DNA of 64,000 bases from Vicugna vicugna (Eukaryota). The translations under genes and the position numbers were made by a program. Where the stretch lies: assembly GCA_013265495.1 (NCBI GenBank), contig MU058065.1:4381003-4445002 (forward strand), in the 5' to 3' direction. Positions 13,159-27,318 of the stretch are shown here, in pieces; position 1 is the first letter of the stretch, and each line of letters starts with the position of its first letter. The notes below the pieces were generated by a model. It searched no databases. It was given only the letters and a program-made list of their open reading frames with translations, and was not told the DNA's origin.

Positions 13159-13995
13159 CCTTGTATCAGTCCAAATCTATGACTAGAAAAGCTTTTTTAA
13201 AAATTGCGAGGAAGTTGGAAGACGTGATCTAATAAACCGTTAATTTTATGCTAATTGCATATCAATAAGAAGTACTAAATCCTGAAAATCCAATTCCAAT
13301 TCTTTAGGCTTTGCTCTAAAGACCCCTTTCTCACACCGGTCAGTAGCTTTCCCAGTTCCAGGAAAAGATTCCTGCGTCTAGATGAACTTCATGTAGAAAA
13401 AGATGTATCTGCATGTCCCAGTGGTGAAAGGGGCCAGAAATAAGAAAGGCAGGTTATGAACAAGGAGTTTATAGTATGTCTTGCTCAGAGAAAGAAGGAC
13501 TTTAACAGTAAAGCCACTAGAGTTTTAGCCATGGATAGGGTAAAAAGGATAACCTGGATTTCATGGTTTAGAAGACCCCGTATCTAACACTGAGCAATGA
13601 CTCAGGAAGACAGTGGGAGGACCACCTAGGAGAGGGTGCTGGCCACATGGTCCAAGCTGCCCCGAATATTGCAGAGTGACAGGCAAGTCTTCAGGCAACA
13701 TAAGACACCAGGGATCTGGATAACGTGATACAAGAGCATGTAGGGTGTTTGGCTCTGAGCCGGAGAAATGCAGGGGGGTAATTGGCTTGGGCTTCCACGT
13801 GACTATGTCATAGCCGTAACTCCAATCATTTCAGAAAAGAAGAGACCTTTTTCTCTATCAGATTAAAAAAAATTTAAAACATGTTCACTTATCCAAGGTC
13901 TTATGCAATGGGCACTTGCATACACTATTCGTAGGAGAAAATTTAGCAACAGGATCAGGAAAATTGATAGAGCCACAGAGAGATGGATCGATGAT

Positions 13996-14068
13996 AAAAA
14001 GGAAGAAAGGAAGAAAGAAAGAGAGAGGGAGGGGGAAGGAGGGAGGAAGAAAGAAAAAAAGAAGAAAT
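13996..14068 (+). repeat. Polypurine (GA-rich) tract
   Basis: About 70 nt consisting only of A and G. Confidence 0.85.
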
Positions 14069-15169
14069 TGTCACATCTTTTGACCTAGTGAGTCTCCTTA
14101 AGGGACCTAAACTAAATAATACAACAAAACCAAACAAAAAGATTTGTGTTCAATGATGCCCATTTGGAAATGTGCAAATAGTGAAGACTTGACAACTCTT
14201 TGAACCAAAGACTCTCTGGCCAGTTATTTAAGTATGTGAAAAATTGAGGTGCAAAAAATAGGCATATATATGATTATACAATACATATATATAAAAAAAA
14301 ATTCTTCACATTTGTACAGATGTTCAGATCTAGAGAAGTTATCCATCTATTTTGCATCATTTGGTACCAGCTTTTATGGTTTTATGTGTAAGGAGATGTG
14401 TGTGATCGCTTATACACAATATACGGTGATAGCATGACTCTTCAGGTAACAGATAATCACAATGTCCTTAAACCAATATTATTAGTGGTATTTTAAAAAC
14501 ATCTTCTTTTAAATAATAGATGTTCATTTAGAAAATTAGAAAATACTTCTAAGCAGATTAATTTAGAAAATCTGAAATTTAGAAAATATTTATCAGGAGA
14601 TTAATAAGAAAGAAAATAAGAATTCCCTAAATGCCAGGATAGAATTATCCTCTTAATATTTTGATATCTCTTCTTTTGAATTTTCCTGAGACATTTATGC
14701 CCTTTTCAAATAATAAAAGACACATTTTCCCTCATGGTTCTCAAATTATGCGGCCATTCCTCCTCTATCTCTGTAAAAGTCAAAGAAATACTGAAGCTTT
14801 AAGGGAGGTGTGTATTTAGTTTTATTTACCCTTCAATCAATCCAGATGCCTCATTTAATTTCTCAGGCCCTTCGATTTAATGCATTTCTATCACGTTTGA
14901 TTATACGTTAAACATAAATAAAGAACACTGCAAAAGACCAAATACAACAGACTCCCATCTATTCACCATATATTGTACATTCAGATATATTTTTGAACAC
15001 CTGTTTACATTCCAGGCACTCTTCTAGACACTGGAGAATATGCTAGTTAAAGAAGTGGTAGGAAAAAAGGAAAATAAACATATAACTTGATTAAATAATA
15101 AATAATGTTAGACAATGAAAACTTCTACAAAGAAAATCAAGTAGTATGAGGGGAAATATAACAACAGAG

Positions 15170-15660
15170 TCAAAGACATAGTCTTTGGAGCCAGACTGCC
15201 TGGGTTTACATCCTGGCTCTGCTACTTACTAGCTGATAGCGATTATTTTAACTTCTGTGTGCCTCAGTGTCCTCACTCAATCTTGGGGATGATAATCATG
15301 TCTACTGGATAGGGTTGTTTTGAAGGATTAAATGTATAATTTAATTACATGGTAATATACTATACATAAAATATATTATACTATACTATATACATATATA
15401 TTATATAATAATACAATAAAATAGTAAAAATACATAGGTTATATATTATTATAAAAAGAGTATATAATAAAATATATACTATACTATGTGCATATACAAA
15501 TATATTTTATTTGATAAATATGATATATTTATATACAATAAAATGAAATAAAACATATAAATTATATATTGTAAAACATGATATGTAATAATACAGTACG
15601 TAGCATATATTTTATATGCTTTAAAACGCCTAGCACATAAGGACGACATCAGTGTTTGTT
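15170..15660 (+). mobile_element. MIR split by an AT-rich low-complexity expansion (about 15335-15615)
   Basis: 'tttggagccagactgcctgggtttacatcctggctctgctacttactagctg ... gtgcctcagtgtcctc ... gaaggattaaatg'; a MIR-like tail 'cgcctagcacataag' resumes after the TA-rich block. Confidence 0.8.
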
Positions 15661-15839
15661 AAATTACACAAAATACAGTGCGATAACATTAGATAATATG
15701 GAAGGTACAGGGCCATGTTACAGGTAGATTCTTTGTGGAAAACTTGACCAAGGAGATGACATTTGAGCACAGACCTGGATGAAATGAGCTGGGAAAATCC
15801 CTTATGCTCATGTTGTGAAAATGTAAGATCTCATCCTAT

Positions 15840-17700
15840 AGTTTCTCTTAACAACTTAAATTTTACTTTTTCATTTTTTGTAAATCCATCTGGAGTTTAA
15901 TTTCATGCATGGCAGGAAGGAGGAATATAATCATATTTCCTTCCATATGGGAAACCAGTTGTACCAGCAACGTTTACTGAATAGTCCATTCTTTTTTCCC
16001 AATTTTGTCATTTCTTCCATATTTATGACAGTGTGCTCTTATTTGAGGACCCGCTGATCTACTTGACTGTCACTGTGCCAATCCCACGCAGGCTTAATTA
16101 CTAATGCATAGTAAGCTTTGGTATTTCATAGGGCTAGTTCTGGCCATCTTTCAAATGACCTTCAGTTTTCTTGTTCATTTATATCTTCATGTAAATTTTA
16201 GAGTCCTTTTATTAATTCCATCAAGGATTATATTAGAATTTTTTTGAAATCACATTGAGTTTAGTGGAGAATTGACACCTTGTTGAGTTTTTTCTTCCAT
16301 GAAAATTGTATACCCAAGCATTTATTAAAGCATCATTTTATGACAACTTTTTAAATTGTCTATATAATTTTTTCTATAATTTTGTTAACATATTCCCAGG
16401 TATTACCTGGCTAATATAAATATCCCCTTCTACAATTCTATTTTCTAATTAGTTATTGCTAGTGTACAGGAATGTTAATCAATTGTGATATTTATCTTGT
16501 ATTCTATAAATATGTTAAGCTTCCTTACTAGTTATGGTAGTTTTATCTGTGGAATCTTTAGGTTTTACTATAAAGATAATCAATATATCTAAAGATAGTA
16601 ACACCTTTTCTCTTCCTTTTCTAATCATATACTTCTTTATTTTTTTAAAAAAGTGATTAGCTTCTCCATTATAATGCTGAAATAATGGGAAGTAGAAGGC
16701 ATCCATTTAGTGTTTCTGATTTATTGGAAATCCTTTGAAAATTAGACCATTAACTATATTTATTGTAGGTATTTAGTTGGTGCTTTTTATCAGATAAAGC
16801 ACATGCTTCCTAGTCTTAGATTGTTAGGAACTTTATCAAATGATTATTCTGCATTTATGATTTTTCACTTTTACTGTCTTAATTTTTCTATTAAATTGAA
16901 TTTATGATGTTGAATAATTGTAGCACTCCTTAATCAAGTTACTTGATTATGATGTTTTAAAATATACTGCTAGATTAATTACACTTATCCTGTTGAGGAT
17001 TTTTGTGTCCATGTTCAGAAATGAACTTCAGTTTTTCACCTGATTGCTGTCTGATCTGTTCCTTCTGCTTTTGCTCCGTATGTTGCAGGAAACGCTTCCC
17101 ATTCTTCAGTGACCTCTGGCTTCTGAGCGTATGGCCAATGAGAAGCACCGATTGTAGACTGAAGAGTAGCAGAAAGGAATAAAGCAAGAGTATGATGACT
17201 TGAATCTCTCTGGCCAGACTGAGTGTCTAGGGGTGACTGCATCTCCTCTCTGCTTTCATCTCTTACCAGATATTCCCCTCTCTGTGGCTCCCAGATTTTA
17301 CTGGACAACTCACTGTAGTTGCTGCCTCTCCTGGGTGGCCCCTAATTCTGGGCTCTGGTGAAAAAAACAACTTTCTTTTCTTTGTACCTTTTGCCCTAGA
17401 GCTGATTTTGGCTTCCCCATTCTTGCTTATCTCTCAATGACTTCATGGTTCCTTTGGCCTTTCAAAACAAATTTTTTTTAATCACCTGTGTTACCAATGA
17501 TCAATATTAAATTCCCTGTGCTTTAAGCATTTACAATGATTTCAGTTTTTCCCAATGAGACCCTGACTGGTCCATCCTACAAAATTATATTTATGTACCC
17601 TTCTTGTTCCATTTGGCATCAAGGCATATCCTCATAAAATGAAGCCTGTAGTTATTGCTCTTTCTTTTCTTGGGTACACTTTCTACGAGATAGAAATTGG
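15840..17700 (-). mobile_element. Old L1 (L1M-type) ORF2 fragment, antisense, interrupted by an LTR
   Basis: Degenerate antisense ORF2 motifs 'ccatctggagtttaatttt', 'gttgtaccagcaacgtttactgaatagtcc', 'ttgaggatttttgtgtccatgttcag'; resumes near 17575 with 'tttggcatcaagg..cctcataaaatga'. Confidence 0.75.
17040..17574 (+). mobile_element. Old ERVL-type LTR (LTR33/LTR41-like) nested in L1
   Basis: 'ctctggcttctgagcgtatggccaatgagaagcac'; 3' end 'attaaattccctgtg ... gagaccctgactggtcca'. Confidence 0.6.
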
Positions 17701-18414
17701 CACTAAAAATCCTTCATGGGGGCAGAGAAACTAAAGAAGTTACATTGAAGGTAAATAAAAATTGTATTATCTTGTTTTCTCAGATTATATTTTAAAAGAC
17801 AATGGAGTTTGGAGCATGTGTCTTCAAAATTCTTTTAACCATTTTCCTTAGAGAGGTGTTTTCTTCATATGAAGTGAGTCAGATGATCAGCAAATCCTTT
17901 GCATGATTTTAACTGGTGGTCTTCTTGGATTTCAGCCTGTGTTCCAGACTTCAGTTCCACAGTTGGGGGGGGAAGACTTCTGTGCTATATGTATCTTGGA
18001 GGTAAAACTTTGAAACAAAAGATGCTCGTGTACCTGCAGGATGTCATTAATTTTGTTGTTGTTTTTATATACAAGGATGATTTTCTTTTAGTCAGTGGAT
18101 GATGACTTTATGTAACTCCACCCAGCATTCCAACACCCCCCTTCCCATGTGAGAGTAAAGGAAGTCATTGAGAGATTTTAAGCTTTGTTGTTCCAAGCAT
18201 GACACACAGAGCAATAAAACCTGTCTGATGGAATAGTTGGATGCTAATAGTTAAATGTATAAGAGGGTAAAGAATATTATTATCCTGGGAACTCAGTTTT
18301 ATTCCCACTCTCTGCTATTTTAACCTACAAAAATTCCTGTTGATGTTATGTAGTTTTTTTTTAATCACTGGGGAAGTTAAGGATAATATTTTCCCCCACC
18401 ACTTATTAAGCAGT

Positions 18415-18515
18415 ACCATTTTAGTTCTGCATACATTCTCATTTAATACTTACAAAATCCTGTAATATGTATTGCAACCATTTGACAGATGAGGAAACTG
18501 AGGTTCACAGTGATG
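18415..18515 (-). mobile_element. MIR fragment
   Basis: 'ccatttgacagatgaggaaactgaggttcacag'. Confidence 0.75.
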
Positions 18516-20199
18516 TCACCTCAAATTCAGTCAATAAGTGTTGGTTAATATTATAAAACAAACTTGCCTGACTTAAATAGAATATTACCTGATAGATACC
18601 ACCTTACCTATTGATTGGAGTTTATTGTTTCTACACAAAGTCAGAACCTGATATTCTAGGATTCTCTCCTAGGTAAAGGAGCCATCAGAATTCCTTTAGG
18701 GAACTTTTCACAGTATACAGATGCTCCAGGGTGCCGTGAAAATAGCTAAATACCTCTTTGCCTCACTACACCCACACTTGTGTATAACAACCAAATACCA
18801 ATTTTATATAAATTCAAACTCATCCCTTCCTCCTGTGGGGGTAGGCATTCTGAGTCTGGAGCATTTAGTTTAATAATCCATGAAATTTCTTAGGTCATGG
18901 CACATGTGTGAGTTTTCTGACATATACAGGGAGGAAAGAGGAAAGCTGGGGAGAAGACACAGCCATCTGACCATCAAACACCTGTTGTCCCCAGACGCAT
19001 CATATGTGTATGTTTGTTAATATGTGTATGTTTGCACTTTCCTGTGGTCCATACACTTGACAGCCATCCTTTCTCTTCTCTTTACTGGAGTACTCATTTC
19101 TACTTTTCTGGCAGAATGTCCAAAGCCAAGGGAAATGATCTGTGCTTTCAGTATACTCTAAGATCACAATATAGGTTTAGGGTAATTTTGTCCACAATAA
19201 CTGGGGAAAATTTAACAGATGATCTGCTTTGGAGTGCTCGTTTCTGCCCCTGGGTCTGGACATCAGTTCTCCTTTTCAGCTGAACGTGAATGCCCACCCC
19301 TCAGGTTTGACTGACCTGAGACAGAATGGCAGTTCCTCAATCCACAGCAAGCCCTCTCCCTCGGAAACCAGAAAGCAGACCTCCGGCAGGATCCTGGGAG
19401 CTTATGAATGGGAAGGGTTATCAGAAACTTACAGTGGAAACCTGTCCGTGAAACCAAATGAATGTCTGAATTGCATAGTGAATGTGGAGTCATAAACAAG
19501 GGCTCAGAATGATGAGCTATTTAGAAACCCTTTGCCGCTTTTTGACATACACTTTCATCTAGGAAGAGGTATTTTTGTACTCTGATTAAACCACCTTTTC
19601 CGTCGGTGCTGTGTTGTGCTATTACCAACAGATCTTCCCTTCCACTCAACTTTCCAAGATGCTGTATTTCTTTTTGCAGATTTTCTGATTTCCATCGTGT
19701 GTCATGATTTTGAGATGATATCACTTTCCTGATCTTTCAACTTCTATATTTAGCATTCCTATTTAATTCCCTTAAATGAAATAGGAACTATGATTTTACA
19801 TATTCCAGGCCATGCTCATAAGTGTGCGTGGTTAATTCTTGGTGCCAGTTCATTCTCTAGCTTGGCTAGCGACTGCTTTTATTTTGCATTTAATTATATC
19901 AGGGGTGGAATGTTAATACATGTTGGTTCTTTCCCAAGATCACTGGTCTGGGAATCAAGAACTTTACAAAGTTCACTTAACCTCTGTGAGCCTCAATTTC
20001 TCATTATTAAAATAGGGAGCTAAGAGTAAATGTATTTCTTTCCCTTTTATCAAAGTCTGCAGTAGTGCTTGATATACAATAAGCACTCAACAAATTATTC
20101 TTAAATTAAATTGCATTATTTATTTTCTCTCTGAGTTCCATCTACTGAAGCAAGAAAAATTTCCATATCATTACTGTTACTTTAATTATATAGAAATAC

Positions 20200-20540
20200 T
20201 AGCAGGGCCTCCTTTAAAATCCAGGGAACATGACAGAGTCAAATTGTGAGTAATATAACTCCAAAATGAATGTCAAAGGAATTTCAATTTTAATTTAATG
20301 ACATCAAAGCTGGTTTATGAATTACATGAAAAAAAAAATCAGCCTTATTACTTCAATGTTACACCCTTTTTGGACCAAAACATGAATTACTTGGTTTGAT
20401 TACCCACCTTGTTTACTGCACTTGGCTCTAAATGACTTTTGATTGTTTCCAAAAATCAAATCCATCTTCAAAGGATAGAGATTTCTTAAGATTGAAGGGA
20501 TTCAAAAGATTATGCCATAGGCTCTGATCTGAAGGCAATA
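20200..20540 (+). mobile_element. Fossil mariner transposase fragment (MARNA-like)
   Basis: 20401-20508 translates YPPCLLHLALNDF*LFPKIKSIFKG*RFLKIEGIQK, resembling the mariner C-terminal catalytic motif HPPYSPDLAPxDFxLFPxLKxxLxGxRF, with in-frame stops. Confidence 0.75.
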
Positions 20541-20604
20541 GAAAGAGGACCCAGCAGTCTCTTGGTCTCTTTGTTATGGATTAATAAGCAAAAAAAAAAA
20601 AAAA

Positions 20605-20750
20605 AAATCAGAGTACCTGGATTCTAGCCCTAGCTTTGCAAATAATTAGCAGGGGTTTAGACAAGTCACTTCCCCATGAATCTTAGCCTTTCCATCTGGA
20701 TAATGAAGCACATGGGCTAGGTGAGTCCCTCCAGCTCTACTGTTTTAATT
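20605..20750 (+). mobile_element. MIR/MIR3 fragment
   Basis: 'acctggattctagccctagctttgc ... gacaagtcacttcccc ... ttccatctgg'. Confidence 0.65.
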
Positions 20751-22989
20751 TGAAGCTAGTAGGAAAATGCATTGTTTATACATGGAATCAGCCAAGCGGA
20801 TGAGAACCTTGAATGTTATTTAGGTTACTGTATTTGTTGAGTGGTTTAGAAATTTATTTAGGAGCTTTTAAATGGGGAAAAGTAACAAAGAGTTGAGCGA
20901 CAATCATTTTATGTGATAGGGTAAAAATCATTTTAAAAAGCCCATGCAATACTGTGTTGTAAACCACAAAGAATCTCATCTGAGCTAGTTGAAACAAAGA
21001 AGTGTACTGGTCCGTGTCACTGAAATGTGCAGTGAAGAGTCTGCCTTCCAGCTCTGCTGGATTCATAACTTAGACGGTGTCCCTGGGGTCCTAGTTTCTC
21101 CCTCTCTGCCCTGCTGTCCTTGGACTGACCCTTTCCTCTGGGCTCTACCAGGTGGCTGCCCTGCCAGCTCCAGCTCTCCTCGTACAGAGATAGAAATTTC
21201 CAGACTCCAGAGATTTATTTTATGCTACTTAAAGAAAGAGACAGGGAATTAAATGAAATTAAGTACATACTTTCATGCTGATGGCATTTAGTACAATTTA
21301 TGTTTGGAATTTCTTGATTTTTTTATTATCAAAATTTTCCGGTTATCTTGGTTGATAGAATTACTTTTTTAAATGATTAGGAAAGAAATAGATTTTTAAA
21401 GTTACTGCTTATCGTGCATTTTGTCAAAAACGGCTTCTCTCAAAAAGTTTCAACGTAGAGCATCAGGAGGATTTGATCACTGCCCTTTACTCCAGAGGAA
21501 TCATCCACTTGAATTAGCATCTTAAATAGCCTTTCAAATGACTCTGTGCATTCTTAGATTTAAAAAAAAAACTAATTAGGCATAATTAATAGCATTTCTC
21601 TGCTGTTTCCCATTTAATTTTCTAATCTTTAAACATCTATAAGCTAGAGATGTTGATAATTTCAGAAGTATGAGGGAGGTCATGTCATTCAGGTCCTGAA
21701 AATGTGTTTCCCAAGCTCAGAAGGTGTTGGTAGTTCTGTGCCTTTTTCAGGGGACACATGAAGCCGAACTCAGTCCACCACGTCTTGCCATTGTGTGTCT
21801 GTTTCAGAAGAATGGTGCTCCGTGTGCTTCTTTTCCATACTTGTTGTCTCTTGGCAGAATTTCAAGACAGATATTTTCCATTTAAACTCACACCTCAAAA
21901 AAATGACCACAAGAGAACTATTGGCAATTCCTGAACTGCTCTAGGAAGACAAAACCTTTATTAAAAAGGAGATACAGAAGGAAAAAAACCTTTGAAAATA
22001 TCAGTCAATTCTTCCCAAGCTGACTTAGATTAACTTGTTTTAAATTTTGTCTGAATGGTAGGCCACATTTTTGCTCACAAATTTTGATCAGATAAATTCA
22101 AATAACTTGAGCACATGCATATACGTGTGTTTTTAAGTTAATTTCAGTGTGCATGAAAGCTACATATTCATATATACCTTGAAATGTCCATTGTCCTATA
22201 AAGTTTATGAACAAAATCAGTAGTTCCCTTCTCCCTTCTAAATTTAATAGTCTTATTTCTTTGAGATAATCATTTTGAGCTCTTTTGGTTTCTTCTGGAA
22301 ATTAAATCCATATTCTTACATAATCTCCTGGTAGTGATTTTTATCAGTATTACATATAAGCTATTGAATATACATAAGCTATTTATAAAGATAAATGCAA
22401 AGATTTGATTATCTTCTACCACACACACCTCCTCCACTTCCAGTCTCTTTTATCTGATTATGCACATTTACATGAAGTGGCCTCTGCTGAGCCAAGAAGT
22501 ATCCTATGATCATGTTTCCTTTTCCATCCAATGTTTTATTGTTTCTGAAGCTTATCATCAGCTCATTTGCTATTTTGTTTAGTTTTCCATATACCGACTG
22601 CAATCTCTTCTCCAAGTGCCCTGGTACATCTATTAAATGCTAAAGGGATGATGGAGGGCATTTAAAGAAGTTTGGCTATTCTTCCACATTTGGTGTAAAA
22701 TGTGAAATCCATTTAGATTTCTTTATGGAACCACGCTGCTCTACTGCACACTGACATAGTTCTTTGAAAACCAATTGTTACTTCCATTGGGTTTGATTCT
22801 CTAGGTTAAACAACAAAATCTCAAGACCTACGAAGTTTCTGAGGCCCTTCAGTATCTGACCAGCCTCTCAAGAATGGCTTCATTCTCTTGCTCAGTCTCT
22901 GAACATCAGCATAAGGCCTTCTGCGGTGCCTCCTCGGGGCCCCCACCCCAGCCTACGCAAGGGCGGGACCATCCCACTAGCCCAGCACC

Positions 22990-23300
22990 CCTCCTTTACC
23001 CAGTTAACTCATTCACTGTTACCTTGGACTGCTACTTCCTTGCAGAAGCTTTGGTGACATACCAGTCAAGCGCAATGTCCCCAGTTGTGTGTTCACACAG
23101 GGCCTGGTCTTCCTGTACATTGCCGTGATCACAGTGTGTTTTTACATGTTTGTTGATTATTTGATTATCTCACTCCCCCAAGAATCCGTGGGCTACATCG
23201 GAGCTGGGACCATGTGTGTCTGGGCTGACCATTAATTCCTCAAGACCTAGCAGAATCCCTGGAAACAGAGAGCACTTAATAAATACTGACGTGATTAATA
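22990..23300 (+). mobile_element. L2 3' end fragment
   Basis: 'gggaccatgtgtgtc ... cctagcagaatccctggaaacagagagcacttaataaatactg'. Confidence 0.65.
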
Positions 23301-26300
23301 ATTAAATACGTAACAGTGAAATAATTAAAATTTGGTAAGAAATAGGCATGTCAGTGTGGCCCTATTTGCTGTATATTGAACGCAAGACAGTGCCTGCACA
23401 TGGTTGGTTATCTTTTAGTGGCTATTTCTTGAACTAATGCATTAATTGATGAAATTTAACTTGGTAGTTTCCAAGTAGCAAGTTATGATAGTCTGGACTT
23501 CAAGGGAAATTTGAATAGGGCCATATTTCCTTCTACATCCTCAAGGACCCAAATTATCATTGAATTCAGATGCATGTCGATTGTACTATTATTTTTAAAT
23601 TTGAACCATTTGCTCTTAGACTGTGTCTACACAGTTAAGAATATGAATTGGACCCAGACTACAGAGGTGCATTCACTGCTGTTTTGTGTTGTTTTGTTTT
23701 GTTTTGTTGATGTATCAGAAAGTCTATGCGGTAAAGCCATCTTTTTTTATTTTATTTTATTTTATTGTAAATCCATCTTTCAGAGATCAACAGAAGCACT
23801 CCTCAGGTTTTCACCTACTGCTCATTGGCTCTTAGTTTATTACAGTTTAACAGGCTTGGTTATCTACACTCAATTTTGCAAATTAAAAGGGAAGAGAGTT
23901 TATTAAAGAATGAAAGAGAGTTGATTGCAAAGAAGGTGACAGAAAATCTTCCAAAAGCAAGCACAATTAAAATACACACACACATACATACACACATACA
24001 CAAACTGGAGTGAGTTAATTAATTGCCAAAGTGTTCTACATTCCTCTGTTGAATCGAAGGACATTTAAGTAGTATTAAAGTAAATGATTAGCGTTAAAAT
24101 GTTTTTGACTAATTAAGAAATAACCAACTCAGATTAACATGCAGGGAATGCCTAGTACATTTTCAGAATGTTTCAATTCAGAGTCATTAAATAACCTAGT
24201 TTCAGGACTTATGGGAGTTTGCCCTCAGGGATTTCCAAAGCTTGGCTTTTTGGAGGGATTTATTCCCTAAGGATTCTGAATGGCCAAGGTTTTATTGTAC
24301 TTCCCGAGCTAAATTTCCTGCTGATAATAAAAAAAATAGAGGGTTTCCTGTTTGGTTTCCCTTGTTTGTGTGTTTCCATAGAACTCATGGTGGCCATGGA
24401 GTTTAAAGTGAAAAGGCAGAATTCAAAATATGAAGAGATTCCTTTCCCCATGTAGAGGACTGAACTTTGAAATGGCGTATGTGTTTGTATATATTGTTTT
24501 TGCCTGTGCAGTGATAATGTTAGTTGAATATTAAAAATTACTTGAAGGATAAAGATATCCAGTAAAACATTGGGACTCACTCCCTTTGAGGCACTGCTAA
24601 GAAGAATACACTACTGTTTCTACTAAACATACCAAACTCAGTTTGGATCTGAGGATTCAAATATGCATCCTGTTACTACCCAGTTCACTGAACAGAGGTA
24701 ATATGAACCACGTTGGGCAGTAGTTTTCTTATGGATTAAGTCGAAACACTAATGTTCAGCCTACCAGGTTGCCAAGGTTTCGGAGAAACAAGATAAGATA
24801 TTAAACATAGGTGGGCTTTGAAAAGATAACAAATATAAATGTCAATCATCATGCTTTCGTATGCTCATAATAACAATAGAAACTTAGTGGTTTAGGCACA
24901 TTGCAAAATTGTGCTGATTTGCAACAATACTGCTTACATATATTAATACCTTAGCTAAAGCAACTAGGTATAATGGATTCAAAGAAGTAGAGTGTCAATA
25001 ATAATTGTCATGATTCTTATTGTCCTGGGTTCTAATTTCCATTTGGCACAATCAAATCTCTTTCAAGTCTTAGGTTTATTTTAGTTGCCACCCACATTGC
25101 TGAAAACTTGGAACAATACTAGCATGTCCCTGTCAGCCAAGTGGAGGTGGAGACACCTTCCTGTGAAGGTCCGTGGACTAAGTCGAAGTTCTGCCACTGA
25201 GCTGGAGGTGAAGAGGCGTGCAGTCCAGCTCCTTTGAACATGTGCACTCCTTTGTTTCATATCAACAATGCCAAACAAGCTTAATTGTTCTAAATCGAAC
25301 AATCTGTGAGCGAAATTCCCAAAACATTTAAATGGCACAAATATTTATAACGCATCTTAAATGGGAAACATTTCTTAAGTGTCACACCAGGTTTTTAGTG
25401 CAATTAGTTTGTGCTGACCGTTTGGAGCTGGGAACGCTTCAGCTGGACTCCTCTTAGACGTCACTATGGGATCTGCCAAATGGAATGTTCTTAATATGCT
25501 CCTGGGTTTGGGGAGGATGTGTGCATTCAGATACAGTGAATGAATAGCCTTGCCAGAAATGACTCCTGTCATGCCTGTTTTCATTTTTTAGCCATTCTTT
25601 CTCCACAACTGCATTGTAGTCTTTAAAACACATGTTTTCTAGAGATGCTAAGAAATTTAAGTTGTCACAAGTAGGGGGAAGCGGTCTAGCTTTTCTCAAA
25701 CCCACATGATGGGGAAGAGTCTTAGAGGTGAGGCAGGAAAGCTGATGGCCTTTACCAGGTAGTTAGGAGACAGTGCAGAGGCGCTAGGCTCCTTCTCGCT
25801 TAGTTCTCATCATCTGTATCAGGAAACTAACATTCTACTAATATAAACATGGTGCTATTCTGAGCTGATAGCTCACAATAAAATCTGCACCTGAGTTTTG
25901 GGGAGATGTCAGCAATGGGATTTTAGGGGAGGGGAATGACAAAACCTTTCCTTTTGTGAACCTTGTAGCTCTATGTAAGCAGGCTAAGTGAAGGAATCAC
26001 CAAAATGCTTCTATAATTCTTCAAAATTCTCCTATCCTATAAGTATTCCAGATTTATATGGCAACAGAAAATGACAACCAAATCAAGATCGCTGAGCAGT
26101 CAGTCAGCAAGCCGGTAGGAGTAACAACGTTTTTGGTCTAAGAGTCCAACCAGACTGAAACAAATGACATGAAAGGAAACGATTCTATTTTAATGTTTTC
26201 CAAAAACATTGACAAAGTCTAGCTGTTTTCCTTGTTGTCATCTTCTCAATTTTCTCCCTTTTAGTGAAGTATCCCCCATTTTTTCTAGTTAATGCAACCC

Positions 26301-27095
26301 TGGTCACACCTGCTAAGTTAAGTGGAATTGAAATGTACTCAACTTCAAAACATACTATTCAACGAATGACTCCATCTCATCTTTAGGGAGAACTCTTGTT
26401 AACCAAGGCCAAGGAAAGGGTATGAGAAAAATAATCATTGTGTGTAAATAAATTTTACACATAATTAGGATGGTGTGGTTTTAAACCAGAGTTAAGATAA
26501 TACATAAAAATATTTTTGTGCAATTTTTTTTCCTTTACCTTTCTCTATGTCTCATTCGCTAACTCATCACTTTAAATCCATGTATAATCTTGCCAATGGC
26601 ACTGAGAATCTTCTCTTGCAGAGAACAGGTGTTAGAGACTGGACCTCTCAGTATCCAGGCATCAAGGGAGGGTCTAGAGATTTCCATACCCTGTAAAAAG
26701 GTGTTGGATTTTTCCAGGGCTATGAGATGAACCCTGTTTGCACTCTGAGGTGCCTGATTTAAAAATCCAGCGCGTCCATCATGCTGATTTATTAATTCCT
26801 AAAATCTGGGGAAATAGGAAAGGGATGCATGCTGAGATGCCTTCTCCCGAGTCAAAGCTCTTAAATTTCTCTATTGTTCCCTACTTCCTTGTTCGTTCCC
26901 AACCCCACTGCAATGAGGGCCAAATTTAGCTGATCTTTCTATTAGCCGAACAAAGAAGTTTTGAAAGACAGCCATAGAAAATTGTTAACAATCATGCAAA
27001 ATTAGAAATTCTTCAGGGTTTTAAAGTCTCACTTTGGAAAGTTAAATGTAATAGGTTATTAATATACAACCAAATAGCACAAAAAACTTTTAGAC

Positions 27096-27318
27096 CAGGG
27101 CTTGGCAAACTATGCCCCGTGGGACAAACCTGGTCTGCTGCCTCTTTCGGTAACTAAAGTTTTCTTGACGTGCTCCCACGGCTATTTATTTATGCATTGT
27201 CTGTGGTTACTTTCTCACTCCAGTGGCAGAGTTGAATATTTGCCAGAGACCATATGGCCTCCAAAGAACCAGAGTTTTACTGTCTGACACTTTACGGAAG
27301 ATAGTTTGCCAATGCCTG
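27096..27318. mobile_element. MER58A-like hAT MITE, complete
   Basis: TIRs cagggcttggcaaacta / tagtttgccaatgcctg; 8-bp TSD ttttagac (27088-27095) / tttttgac (27319-27326). Confidence 0.85.

Noticed and set aside
19276..19724. Protein-looking ORFs on both strands (19229-19495 plus, 19521-19724 minus)
   Set aside because: An acceptor-like site exists near 19279, but there is no recognised homology or linked exon
24381..24476. Possible exon bounded by ccatag and gtatgt
   Set aside because: Stops in all three frames and a weak donor
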